From the NCBI GenBank assembly GCA_040776885.1, contig JAXGZR010000004.1, positions 240,320 to 304,319 of the forward strand: 64,000 bases of DNA. Direction: 5' to 3'. The first letter of the stretch is position 1. Each line of letters begins with the position of its first letter. The notes under the pieces are model-generated. The model searched no databases and was not told the origin of the DNA. It saw only the letters and a program-made list of their open reading frames with translations. A program made the translations under genes and the position numbers. Below are positions 30,621 through 39,562 of this stretch, piece by piece. This DNA comes from Desulfobulbus sp. (GTDB lineage Bacteria > Desulfobacterota > Desulfobulbia > Desulfobulbales > Desulfobulbaceae).

Positions 30621-30904
30621 CGGTTTTTTGCAGATAAAGCTCAGGCCGGGCCCTGTTGGTGGTGCAGGCCTTCCACAGCAGAGGCGTGCAGATGATGCGG
30701 TGGGTGGAAGCCTATTTTTTTCTGTTGCTTGCGGTGTGGGAGTAAAATGCCTACCTTTGTGCGCAAGTGACAAGGTCTGTTGTTGGCAGAGTTGTGTCCA
30801 TGCACGGTTGCCGTTGTCTCTGCCAGCCAAAGCCAATGAACCTGGCAGGTTCTATTCCAGAACCGTATAACACGACTACTATCCATAATCTGGCGGAGAA
30901 GATC

Positions 30905-31204
30905 ATGCGGAAATATAATGACAGTTCTACCTCTACGTATAGGTACGGAGAATTGCAGCAGCTCATAGACAGGGCACAGCTTTTGGTGGATGCCACTGCC
31001 GACAAGCTGGATGAAGGTGTACAAAGTGCCCGCGATGCCCTGCTTGGTGGCCTGGAAGACGCGCGCTGGAAGGCAATTGATCTGGAAGACGAGCTGCGCG
31101 ACAGGGCGGAGCAGGCCCAAACCTTTGTGCAGGAAAACCCGTACCAGGCGGTGGGTTTTTCCTTTGTGGCCGGGCTTTTTGTTGGCTGGATTTTGAGCAA
31201 GTAG
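30905..31204 (+). CDS. ElaB/YqjD/DUF883 tail-anchored membrane protein
   Basis: Helical N-terminus; FVQENPYQAVGFSFVAGLFVGWIL C-terminal TM. Confidence 0.85.
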   Translation: MRKYNDSSTSTYRYGELQQLIDRAQLLVDATADKLDEGVQSARDALLGGLEDARWKAIDLEDELRDRAEQAQTFVQENPYQAVGFSFVAGLFVGWILSK

Positions 31205-31213
31205 CACGGCTGT

Positions 31214-32320
31214 TCAAGGCGTTTTACATGCAGGGCTTGGTGTTCTGTTGTCTAGTGTCAATGCAGGGCGGCAGGTATCTGTTTTGCCGGCCAGCTGTCC
31301 GCAGGCAGCGGAGATGTCACTGCCCCTGCTCTGGCGGATGAACACGGTGTAGCCTTGCTGGCGTAGGATCTCCTGGAAACGTAGGATCCTCTCCATGTCA
31401 GGGCTGCGGAAGGTGCTGTCTGCCACTGGGTTGACTGCCAACAGGTTGATTTTGCAGCGCACGTTGTGTAGGAGCCGAGCAAGTGCTCGGGCGTCCTGGT
31501 CGGAATCATTGATACCAGCGAGCAGGGTGTATTCAAACATCACCCGCTTGCGCCGTTTCTGCCGGTACTGGCGGGCAGCCTCAATGAGCGTTTTCAAAGG
31601 GTAGCTGCGGTTAACTGGCATGAGCCGACTGCGGGTGGCGTCATCTGCTGCATGCAGAGAAATGGCCAGGTTGACCTCGCTCTCCTCACCCAGTCGTAGC
31701 ATCTGTGGCACCAGGCCGCAGGTGGATACCGTAATGCGCCGGTTGGAGAAATCCAGACCACGCTGCTCGGTGAACAGCGAGATGGCGTCCAGCACCCTGT
31801 CGAGATTGGCCAGGGGCTCGCCCATGCCCATGAACACCAGGTTGGTGAGTGGCGACATGTTGCGCTCCAGCATCCAGTCGCGCACTGCGCACACCTGGTT
31901 GACCATTTCCGCCACGTTCAGGTTGCGGCCAAACCCCATGGTGCCAGTGAGGCAGAAGCTGCAACCCATGGCGCAGCCAACCTGGCTGGAGAGGCACAGG
32001 GTGTTTCGATCTTCTTCGGGTATGAGTACCGATTCTATTGTTCGTCCATCTTCCAGGCAAAAGGCGAATTTGACTGCACCATCACGTGACTGCTCCACTG
32101 CAGAGGGCACAAGCGAGCTGATGCGCGCGTGCTGGGCCAAAAGTGCGCGGAACTCCTTGGCCAGGTCGGTCATATCGGCAAAGGTTATTGGGCCAGGCTT
32201 GTAGAGCCACGGCAACAGTTGTTTGCCGCGGAAGGCTGGTTGGCCGAGCTCCACCACAAAGCGAATAAGCTTTTCCTGGGTGAGCGCCCGGAGATCAACA
32301 GGGCTTGAAAATACAGTCAT
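31214..32320 (-). CDS. rlmN: Dual-specificity rRNA/tRNA m2A radical-SAM methyltransferase
   Basis: IESVLIP, LCLSSQVGCAMGCSFC, VFMGMGEP, SLHA, FEYTLL, DISAACGQL. Confidence 0.95.
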   Translation of the reverse strand: MTVFSSPVDLRALTQEKLIRFVVELGQPAFRGKQLLPWLYKPGPITFADMTDLAKEFRALLAQHARISSLVPSAVEQSRDGAVKFAFCLEDGRTIESVLIPEEDRNTLCLSSQVGCAMGCSFCLTGTMGFGRNLNVAEMVNQVCAVRDWMLERNMSPLTNLVFMGMGEPLANLDRVLDAISLFTEQRGLDFSNRRITVSTCGLVPQMLRLGEESEVNLAISLHAADDATRSRLMPVNRSYPLKTLIEAARQYRQKRRKRVMFEYTLLAGINDSDQDARALARLLHNVRCKINLLAVNPVADSTFRSPDMERILRFQEILRQQGYTVFIRQSRGSDISAACGQLAGKTDTCRPALTLDNRTPSPACKTP

Positions 32321-32420
32321 ACCAGGAGAACAGGATCTGTGCAGACAGGGAAAGATGGCGCAGGGGGATAACCCAATCCTGCGCCACACTCACAAATGGT
32401 AGCTGGATCAGGTAGTTGGA

Positions 32421-32678
32421 TCAACGGCCGCGGCCAAAGCGGCGATAGAGCAGGAGCAGTAAAATAGCGCCAGCAGTGGCGATGAAAATATTGCCGATGC
32501 TGATTCTGTCCACTGGGCCCAGGTTGAACAGCAGTGAGCCGAGAAAGCCACCAACAAAGGCACCGGCAATACCAATCAGGATGGTGACGATACAGCCGCC
32601 TGGATCCTTGCCCGGCATAATCAGCTTGGCCAAGGTGCCAACGATAAGACCCATAACAATCCACGATAAAATACCCAT
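32421..32678 (-). CDS. GlsB/YeaQ/YmgE transglycosylase-associated membrane protein
   Basis: WIVMGLIVGTLAKLIMPGKDPGG..TILIGIAGAFVGG. Confidence 0.92.
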   Translation of the reverse strand: MGILSWIVMGLIVGTLAKLIMPGKDPGGCIVTILIGIAGAFVGGFLGSLLFNLGPVDRISIGNIFIATAGAILLLLLYRRFGRGR

Positions 32679-32880
32679 TTTTTCTCCTTGTAACCTGGTG
32701 TTTGTTCTGTTGCTTATACAAGATTGGATTGAAAACAGCCTGTGCTATTTGGGAGTGGGTCTTGTTTCCCTTCCCGTATGCATGCAAGATACGACGTGCC
32801 TTTGCTTGCCGCAACTGCTTTGTATGGTGCTGTGGCTTGTATCCTAACTCTTTGTTCCTTGGCTTTGGCAGGAACTGACC

Positions 32881-34269
32881 ATGTCGGAGGTTGATCTCAA
32901 GGTCATGCTCACACGCAGTAGAAAAGAAAGATCTATTACCATTATCGGTGCTGGATTGGCAGGCTGCGAGGCAGCCTGGCAGGCGGCACAGCGGGGAGTG
33001 CAGGTTTTTTTGTACGAGATGAAGCCGCAGCGTTTCAGCCCGGCGCATGAAAATCCGAACCTGGCAGAACTGGTGTGTTCCAATTCCCTGCGGGCTGCGC
33101 GTATCGATTCGGCGGTGGGCTTGCTCAAGGAAGAGATGCGACGGCTGGGATCACTGATCATGCAGGCGGCAGATGCCACAGCTGTACCCGCAGGGAAGGC
33201 CCTGGCAGTGGATCGTAACCGCTTTGCCGCCTGGACCACCGAAAAGATCGAACAGCATCCAGCCATCACGGTGCGGCGCCAGGAGCTACATACTTTGCCT
33301 GCGGCAGAGGCACACCACCCCCTGATCGTCGCTGCTGGACCGCTGGCCAGCGCAGAGCTGGCCAGTGCGCTGCAACGCATCACCGGCACGGAACACCTGG
33401 CCTTTTACGACGCCATTGCCCCCATTGTTGCGGCCGAAAGTCTGGATATGCAGGTGCTGTACCGCAAGTCCCGTTGGGACGAAGAAACAGCCGGGGATTA
33501 TCTGAACTGTCCATTGAATCGGGAGCAGTATCAGCGCTTTGTTGCTGAGCTGGTTGCCGCCGAAAAGGTACCGCTCAAAAGTTTTGAAGAGGCGCGCTAT
33601 TTTGAAGGCTGCCTGCCAGTTGAAGTGATGGCACAGCGCGGTCCCGAGACCCTGCGTTTTGGTCCGCTCAAGCCGGTGGGTCTGGCCCACCCGCACAGCG
33701 GCGAGCGTTTTTATGCCGTGGTGCAGCTGCGGGCAGAAAATGCCGGACAAAGCGCCTATAACCTGGTGGGTTTGCAAACCAAACTCACCTACAGCGAGCA
33801 GAAGCGCGTCTTTCGTCTGCTGCCAGGGCTTGAGCAGGCAGAGTTTTTGCGGTTGGGCTCTATCCACCGTAACACCTTTGTCTGTGCGCCGGCTGTTTTG
33901 CAGGAAGATCTCAGCCTGCGCGTTGCTCCCCATATGTATGTTGCCGGGCAGTTGGCCGGAGTGGAAGGCTATGTGGAATCAGCCGCAGCTGGCCTTTTGG
34001 CCGGCATAAATGCCAGTCGCAAGGCCCTGGGGCAGGCCTTTTCAGCGCCACCTGCAGCAAGTGCCCATGCAGCACTGCTGCGCCATCTCAACCAGAGCGA
34101 TCCGGCCCATTTCCAGCCATCGAATATCAACTTCTCGCTCTTTGCCCCGCTTGCGGGCCGCATCCCCAAAAAACAGCGGGGCATCCTGCGGGCGCAAGCC
34201 GCGCTTGCCGCAGTGGATGCCTGGCGGCATCAATTGGTGGAAGAGGCAGATATCAAGGCATTTCAATAA
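32881..34269 (+). CDS. trmFO: Folate/FAD-dependent tRNA m5U54 methyltransferase
   Basis: IIGAGLAGCEAA, AELVCSNS, FYDAIAP, YLNCP, FEGCLPVE, GSIHRNTF, GQLAGVEGY. Confidence 0.95.
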   Translation: MSEVDLKVMLTRSRKERSITIIGAGLAGCEAAWQAAQRGVQVFLYEMKPQRFSPAHENPNLAELVCSNSLRAARIDSAVGLLKEEMRRLGSLIMQAADATAVPAGKALAVDRNRFAAWTTEKIEQHPAITVRRQELHTLPAAEAHHPLIVAAGPLASAELASALQRITGTEHLAFYDAIAPIVAAESLDMQVLYRKSRWDEETAGDYLNCPLNREQYQRFVAELVAAEKVPLKSFEEARYFEGCLPVEVMAQRGPETLRFGPLKPVGLAHPHSGERFYAVVQLRAENAGQSAYNLVGLQTKLTYSEQKRVFRLLPGLEQAEFLRLGSIHRNTFVCAPAVLQEDLSLRVAPHMYVAGQLAGVEGYVESAAAGLLAGINASRKALGQAFSAPPAASAHAALLRHLNQSDPAHFQPSNINFSLFAPLAGRIPKKQRGILRAQAALAAVDAWRHQLVEEADIKAFQ

Positions 34270-36070
34270 AGCCCCAAAAGGGATAGTCGAGCTGATACTC
34301 GGCCACCTTGCCCGGCGGATGTTCGCGGCTGGCCACCAGCCACAGCTCATTGATGCGGCGTTCCGGTGCCTGTTTGACAAAGGGATCCCACTGGGTACTC
34401 AACACCAGGGCATTGTCGGCGGAATAGCCGATATCCCCTGATCCCTTGAAGGAGCCCAGCTGTGGATGCTGTTCAAATTGGCCATCCTGACCGCGTTCCA
34501 GCTCGGAAATGACTAGGAAGCTGGCACCAAGCTCATCACGGATGGCCTCCAGCTGCCGCAGCCAGCCGTCGATACCGGAACGTTTCTGGCTGATATCCTT
34601 GAATGGTAGCTTGTGCAGGCTGTCGATCACCACCACCGTGTAGTCGGCCTTGGTCTCGTGACGGATGAAATCAATGTGACGGCGCATGATTTCCGGCGAG
34701 AGTTTACGGTCATTCACCACCCTAAGCCAGTGCAGGCTCTGCTCCAGTTGCTGGCTGGCCTGTGCCAACCGGGCCTGTTCTTCGCTGTGCAGCTGTTTGC
34801 TGCGAATCTGCTCTGTGCGCAGGCGACTTATGCGGCTCAAGATGCGCAGATAGATTTTCTGGCGGCTGTTTTCAAAATCATAGTAGATGACCGGAATACG
34901 GCGCAGGGCCATATTGGCGGCTGCCTGGATGAAGAAGGTGGATTTGCCTGCCTTGGGGGTGCCACCCAGGATATTGATACCATGGATGCCGCCGACTGCC
35001 GCATCGAGGCGCGCAAAGCCACTGTGCAGCTGTTGATAGGCACTGCTGCTTTCCTGGTGCAGGCGCTGGTTGAAGCGGTGAAATTCAAGTGCAGGGCTGG
35101 GAAAGGGGGAAAAGGCCCGGGCTGCGCGGATCATGGCGGCAACCCTTTGGGGCAGGGCTGTCGGGTCTTCGGCGGCCAGACTGGCCAGTTCCATGTTGCG
35201 TGGGGTATCCTCGGGCCAGTGGAGAATACGCACCTTGAAACCGATTCTGGTGGCAAAGGTGCGGGCCATGGCTGCAGACTCCACGTTGTGGCGCATCAGC
35301 AGAAAAATGGTACGCACCCAGCGCAGTCGCTCTGCCTCCAGCTCGTCGAGTAGCGCAGCATTGGGCACGGCTATGCCCGGAAAACCGAGCTGCTTGAGCA
35401 CCAGCAGGTTGCGCTCGCCCTCCACCACAAAAAGTGAGCCGTTTTCGCAACGGTCGATTTCCTCCACATTGAAAAACTGGAATGGGTTGTCAAAAAACGC
35501 CTCATTACCGTACCAGAAGCTGTCTTCCGACTTGTGGGGATGCACGCAGCGGGCAGCATAGCAGCTGCCGTTTGCCTGCACATACGGATAGAGGAGGTAA
35601 CGGCCATTGTAGCCGATTTGTAACTCCGCCAAGGTCTCTTCGAGGATACCTTCCTGCTGGAACTGTTGCTTGAGTTCCTGGGTGAGTTTGTTGGCAAAAC
35701 TAATGAGTTCTTGGTTCAGGTTGTTTGCTGGATAGTGCGTTTCCCAGCCAAAATATTCGCGATCCAGTTCAAAACCAGGCACTGTGGCCAGCGGTATGCC
35801 CAATGCGCGGGCAAAATGCAGGGGGAAGCCACCGGGAATGCAGCGTTTGCGGCAGCGGAAGTAGCCGTGGAAAAAACTCTCCGGATTCAGGAGAACAATT
35901 AAACCTGCTGTTTGCTGGCCGGAGAATTGATTGCCGCTTTGAGTGCTGCCTGTGGCCGTACAGAAGGGGCAAGGTGCCTGCAGGATGGTATTTTTTAAGC
36001 TGCCGCCCGGGAGATGCTGCAGATAGAAGCGGCTGATTGCATCGTTGCCAGAGTTGCCAGCGGCCGTCAT
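34253..36070 (-). CDS. T7 gp4/Twinkle-like Zn-finger + degenerate TOPRIM + DnaB-type helicase
   Basis: CPFC...CRKRC; LFVVEGERN; Walker A GTPKAGKST; YYDFEN; VIDSLH; LVISEL; KGSGDIGYSAD. Confidence 0.8.
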   Translation of the reverse strand: MTAAGNSGNDAISRFYLQHLPGGSLKNTILQAPCPFCTATGSTQSGNQFSGQQTAGLIVLLNPESFFHGYFRCRKRCIPGGFPLHFARALGIPLATVPGFELDREYFGWETHYPANNLNQELISFANKLTQELKQQFQQEGILEETLAELQIGYNGRYLLYPYVQANGSCYAARCVHPHKSEDSFWYGNEAFFDNPFQFFNVEEIDRCENGSLFVVEGERNLLVLKQLGFPGIAVPNAALLDELEAERLRWVRTIFLLMRHNVESAAMARTFATRIGFKVRILHWPEDTPRNMELASLAAEDPTALPQRVAAMIRAARAFSPFPSPALEFHRFNQRLHQESSSAYQQLHSGFARLDAAVGGIHGINILGGTPKAGKSTFFIQAAANMALRRIPVIYYDFENSRQKIYLRILSRISRLRTEQIRSKQLHSEEQARLAQASQQLEQSLHWLRVVNDRKLSPEIMRRHIDFIRHETKADYTVVVIDSLHKLPFKDISQKRSGIDGWLRQLEAIRDELGASFLVISELERGQDGQFEQHPQLGSFKGSGDIGYSADNALVLSTQWDPFVKQAPERRINELWLVASREHPPGKVAEYQLDYPFWGFIEMP

Positions 36071-36372
36071 GTGTACACACCATGTTCTGGAGGATAGAAG
36101 GAAAGAGCAACAAGCGCCTGGCAGACCGGTAGATGCAGCTGGACTACAACAGGGTTTGGGAACGGATTGCGAAAGGCACGTAGTGGAAAATGCAGCCCAG
36201 TCTGGAGAAGCATGTCGGACTGCGGCTGGCTCTCACCATGAAAACCCACACAATATACTACTTTACAGGAAATAAATGATCTGTGATATTCGGGAACAGA
36301 AAGTGGGTTTTTCGTCCAGAAAACCAGTTGAAATGCCTCGTTATGATGATTGTATAGGGTGCTGGAACCAGG

Positions 36373-38763
36373 ATGGCGCAGATGAAAAGCACAATGGCTG
36401 AACGGTTGGAAAGCCTTGGTCGAACAATTCATTCATTTTTTTGTGCCTATGATCAGTATGTTCTTGCCTGTACTGTTTTACTGTTTTGGTGTTTTATTTT
36501 TCAGGAATATTTTTTGTTTGGCAAGCTGTTTTTGTTTGAACAAACAGCCTGGGATACACTGGTACAGTGCTATCCAATAGAATATTTCCGTATAAACAAT
36601 GTAAAAAATTTTGTTTTTCCTTTTTGGTCTTTCCAGTTTGGCTTTGGGAAAAATATTTATCATGAGATGATAAATATAAGCCCCTTTGACGTTATTTATT
36701 TATTTTTTCAGGGGAAAAGTTATACAGAGGCAATTCCGACAGTATTTTTTTTACAATTCCTTGCTGCATCTCTTATATTTCAAGCATTTCTTAAAAAAAT
36801 CGGTTTATCTCCACTCGTTTCCTTTGTTGGTTCGATTTTATATTCCTTTAGCGGCTATATGGTATTGAATGCTCATTGGTACCATTACTTGAATTATCCG
36901 ATATTTGTAGCCTTATTCTTATTTTTCTTTGAAAAATGGTATAGAGATGGGTTTTGGTTTCCCCTGGTCGTCCTGGTGGGACTCGTTTCTTTAAAGAACG
37001 AACTGCATCTTTACCAAATGGCAACTTTCGGATTTTTTTACATTGTCTTTCGGTACATAAATGATTTTGGATTGAATAGACAAATTATTCGCCTATATAC
37101 TCGCTTAATGCTTCTTATTTTGTTTGGTTTGCTGCTGGGGGCATATTTTTATCTTCCAGATATGTATATCTTACTCTCTTCATCAAGAGTGCATGGCGCT
37201 GTACAGGGTGATTCCCTCTTGTCTCTTTTTCAGAAAATTCTGCATCCCATAGAATTCAACGCATTTTTAACTGTTCTTCTGCGTACCATATCTCCAGATC
37301 TGCTCAACTCTTGGCTCTTGTATCGAGGGTCTTTGAATTATCTTGAAGCATCTACGTTCTATGTAGGTCTTTTTCCCTTTGTGGTCTTTCTTTCTGTTTT
37401 CTTTGTTAAAAATAAAAAATATAAATTGCTGTGGATTTTCCCGGTTGTTTTTTGGATGGTCGTATTTTTTCCTTATTTTACCAGGGCGTTGAATCTGTTT
37501 GTCAGTAGTACTTTGAAATATATTTCTTTTTATTTGGGATTTTTTATCCTTTTTCCATTTTTATTGGTGATGGATTCATTGCGCGAGCAAGAACATCTGC
37601 AGCGATTAAACAGATTTTCCATATTTTTATTTTTGTTGGTCTTGTTGGGAATTTTGTTGGCATCGTTATGGTATCCTGATTTTTTCAACCCAATAAACAG
37701 AAAAGTTTTTCGCTTGTCTTTCTCTTTTTTCACTCTATATGTTGTTTGTCTCTCTATCTGGAACAGAGGAATCCATGTTGTTAGATATGGGTTGCTTGTT
37801 GTTGTCGTTATTGAAGCTGCAATTTTTGCAAGGATGACAGTGAGCACGGCTCCTGGAGCACTGTATCCGTTTTTCCATGAGCGTGGGGAAAAATATTTTC
37901 GTGAAGATACGCGCAAGGCAGTAGACTTTATTCGGGAAAGAGATCCTGGTTTTTTCAGGATAGAAAAAGACTACAGAGATGTGTATTTGAACGATGCTCT
38001 TGTGCAAAATTATTTTGGTACTGAGTCATATTTGGGTTTCATCAATACTGGTATGAAGGATTTTTATGATCAATTTAAGCTTTCAACAAATTCACCCAAT
38101 CTGAATTCCTACAGATATGGCCTGGAAAAGGAAGCAAGCCTGCAATCACTTCTGTTGGTCAAGTATTTTCTCTGTAAAGATGCGCAGTCCTGTGATGGCC
38201 TGCACGGCTTTTCTCTTGTGCATGTGGTCGATGGCCTCCGTATCTACCAGAACGACCATGTCCATCCCTTTGGCCAGGTCTTTCGCCGGCAAATCGGCCC
38301 GCAGTTTTTTCAGCAGCTTTCCCTTGCAGAAAAACTGGCACTTGTAGAGCATACGGTGGTCAGTTCTGCGGTGTTGCCAGGTATTCCCCAGTATGGTCAT
38401 GATGGCAGTGGTGGACATGACGAGCAAGCTGTCCCATCTGAACGAGGTGCAAACGACACCTTTACCCTTACGCATTGGGATCAACAGCATTTCGCGGGTT
38501 CTGTCGACCTGGATCAGCCTGGGGTCCTCTTTTTTCCCACACCTTTTGACCGTGGCTGGCGCGTTCAGGTCAATGACCAAGAGGCAGAGCTACTGCAGCT
38601 TGATTTTGGTTTTTCCGGAATTCTTCTCTCCAGCCCTGGGCAGTATACCGTTGAACTCCGTTATATTCCGCCCTTGCTGCGGACGGGTTTTGCGCTGACA
38701 ATCCTGTGTTTGCCCCTGGCGCTGTACCTACGCTGGCGTTATCCTACGTTTGCAGCCTACTGA
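36373..38763 (+). CDS. YfhO-like multi-TM (GT-C type) glycosyltransferase
   Basis: WSFQFGFG, GSILYSFSGY, many TM segments, DPGFFRIEK, PFDRGWRVQVNDQ, G..GILL..G.YTVELRY.PP C-terminus. Confidence 0.8.
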   Translation: MAQMKSTMAERLESLGRTIHSFFCAYDQYVLACTVLLFWCFIFQEYFLFGKLFLFEQTAWDTLVQCYPIEYFRINNVKNFVFPFWSFQFGFGKNIYHEMINISPFDVIYLFFQGKSYTEAIPTVFFLQFLAASLIFQAFLKKIGLSPLVSFVGSILYSFSGYMVLNAHWYHYLNYPIFVALFLFFFEKWYRDGFWFPLVVLVGLVSLKNELHLYQMATFGFFYIVFRYINDFGLNRQIIRLYTRLMLLILFGLLLGAYFYLPDMYILLSSSRVHGAVQGDSLLSLFQKILHPIEFNAFLTVLLRTISPDLLNSWLLYRGSLNYLEASTFYVGLFPFVVFLSVFFVKNKKYKLLWIFPVVFWMVVFFPYFTRALNLFVSSTLKYISFYLGFFILFPFLLVMDSLREQEHLQRLNRFSIFLFLLVLLGILLASLWYPDFFNPINRKVFRLSFSFFTLYVVCLSIWNRGIHVVRYGLLVVVVIEAAIFARMTVSTAPGALYPFFHERGEKYFREDTRKAVDFIRERDPGFFRIEKDYRDVYLNDALVQNYFGTESYLGFINTGMKDFYDQFKLSTNSPNLNSYRYGLEKEASLQSLLLVKYFLCKDAQSCDGLHGFSLVHVVDGLRIYQNDHVHPFGQVFRRQIGPQFFQQLSLAEKLALVEHTVVSSAVLPGIPQYGHDGSGGHDEQAVPSERGANDTFTLTHWDQQHFAGSVDLDQPGVLFFPTPFDRGWRVQVNDQEAELLQLDFGFSGILLSSPGQYTVELRYIPPLLRTGFALTILCLPLALYLRWRYPTFAAY

Positions 38764-38767
38764 AGCA

Positions 38768-39412
38768 TTATTTGTTGCCATCGGCTTTTTTGGCCCTGAT
38801 CCAGGCATTGATCCAGCTTTTCCCGATCAACAGAAAAAGTATTTCAAGGCCTACGCCCAAAAGGGCAAAAATCTTGAAGCCAAAAACCACATTGGGCCAG
38901 ATTCTCTCCTGCTTAGGTGTGCTCAGCGCTGGTTGGAATGCCAAGGCGATGTGTGGATCGCCTGCCTGTGGACTGCTCTGCATAAGCAGGCTCTCACCGT
39001 GCTGCTGGAGGGATGTTGTCTGGTATGTTGTAAACTGCGCTGCAGAAAAACTTGCTGCCAGCTGTGCGCCAAATGGCTCTAATATGGCCAGATTAGAGAT
39101 GCGTACCCTGCCGGGGCCGTCGAGGTAATCCAGGCGCAGGGCATGAATGGAGGAGGCTGGCAGATGTGCCTGGATAGCTTTGGGGATAGCCCTTTCCGGT
39201 AAAACCGCCCGGATACTCTCCTGTTCCCGGAATCCCTTGCCTGTGTCATAATAGATCTGCAGCACTGGCGGGCGGTTGCGGTTTTCTTCCACAGCGATGT
39301 CAAAGGAGACAATCAGCCTGGTGCTTGCCTGGTAACGGCCAGCCGCATGGGGTAGGGCAAAAAGGGCGGCCAGACAGAGGGAAACAAGCCATGAGTAGTT
39401 GCGCGGTTGCAT
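38768..39412 (-). CDS. Membrane-anchored protein with YYDTGxGFxExES beta-sandwich-like domain (214 aa)
   Basis: N- and C-terminal hydrophobic helices; LQIYYDTGKGFREQES, LRLDY; convergent with the YfhO-like gene, 4-bp gap. Confidence 0.65.
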   Translation of the reverse strand: MQPRNYSWLVSLCLAALFALPHAAGRYQASTRLIVSFDIAVEENRNRPPVLQIYYDTGKGFREQESIRAVLPERAIPKAIQAHLPASSIHALRLDYLDGPGRVRISNLAILEPFGAQLAASFSAAQFTTYQTTSLQQHGESLLMQSSPQAGDPHIALAFQPALSTPKQERIWPNVVFGFKIFALLGVGLEILFLLIGKSWINAWIRAKKADGNK

Positions 39413-39562
39413 TGTTGAGACACTCCATGAATCGGGCGGTGCGAGGCGTTTGCTGGATTGCCCCTGGTGAGAGTAATAAAAAATGAAACCTGCGGATACA
39501 CAAGGAAAATGTGCAGCGCAGGTATAGCCAATTGTGTGCCCAAGTGACAGAGAGGAAACACC

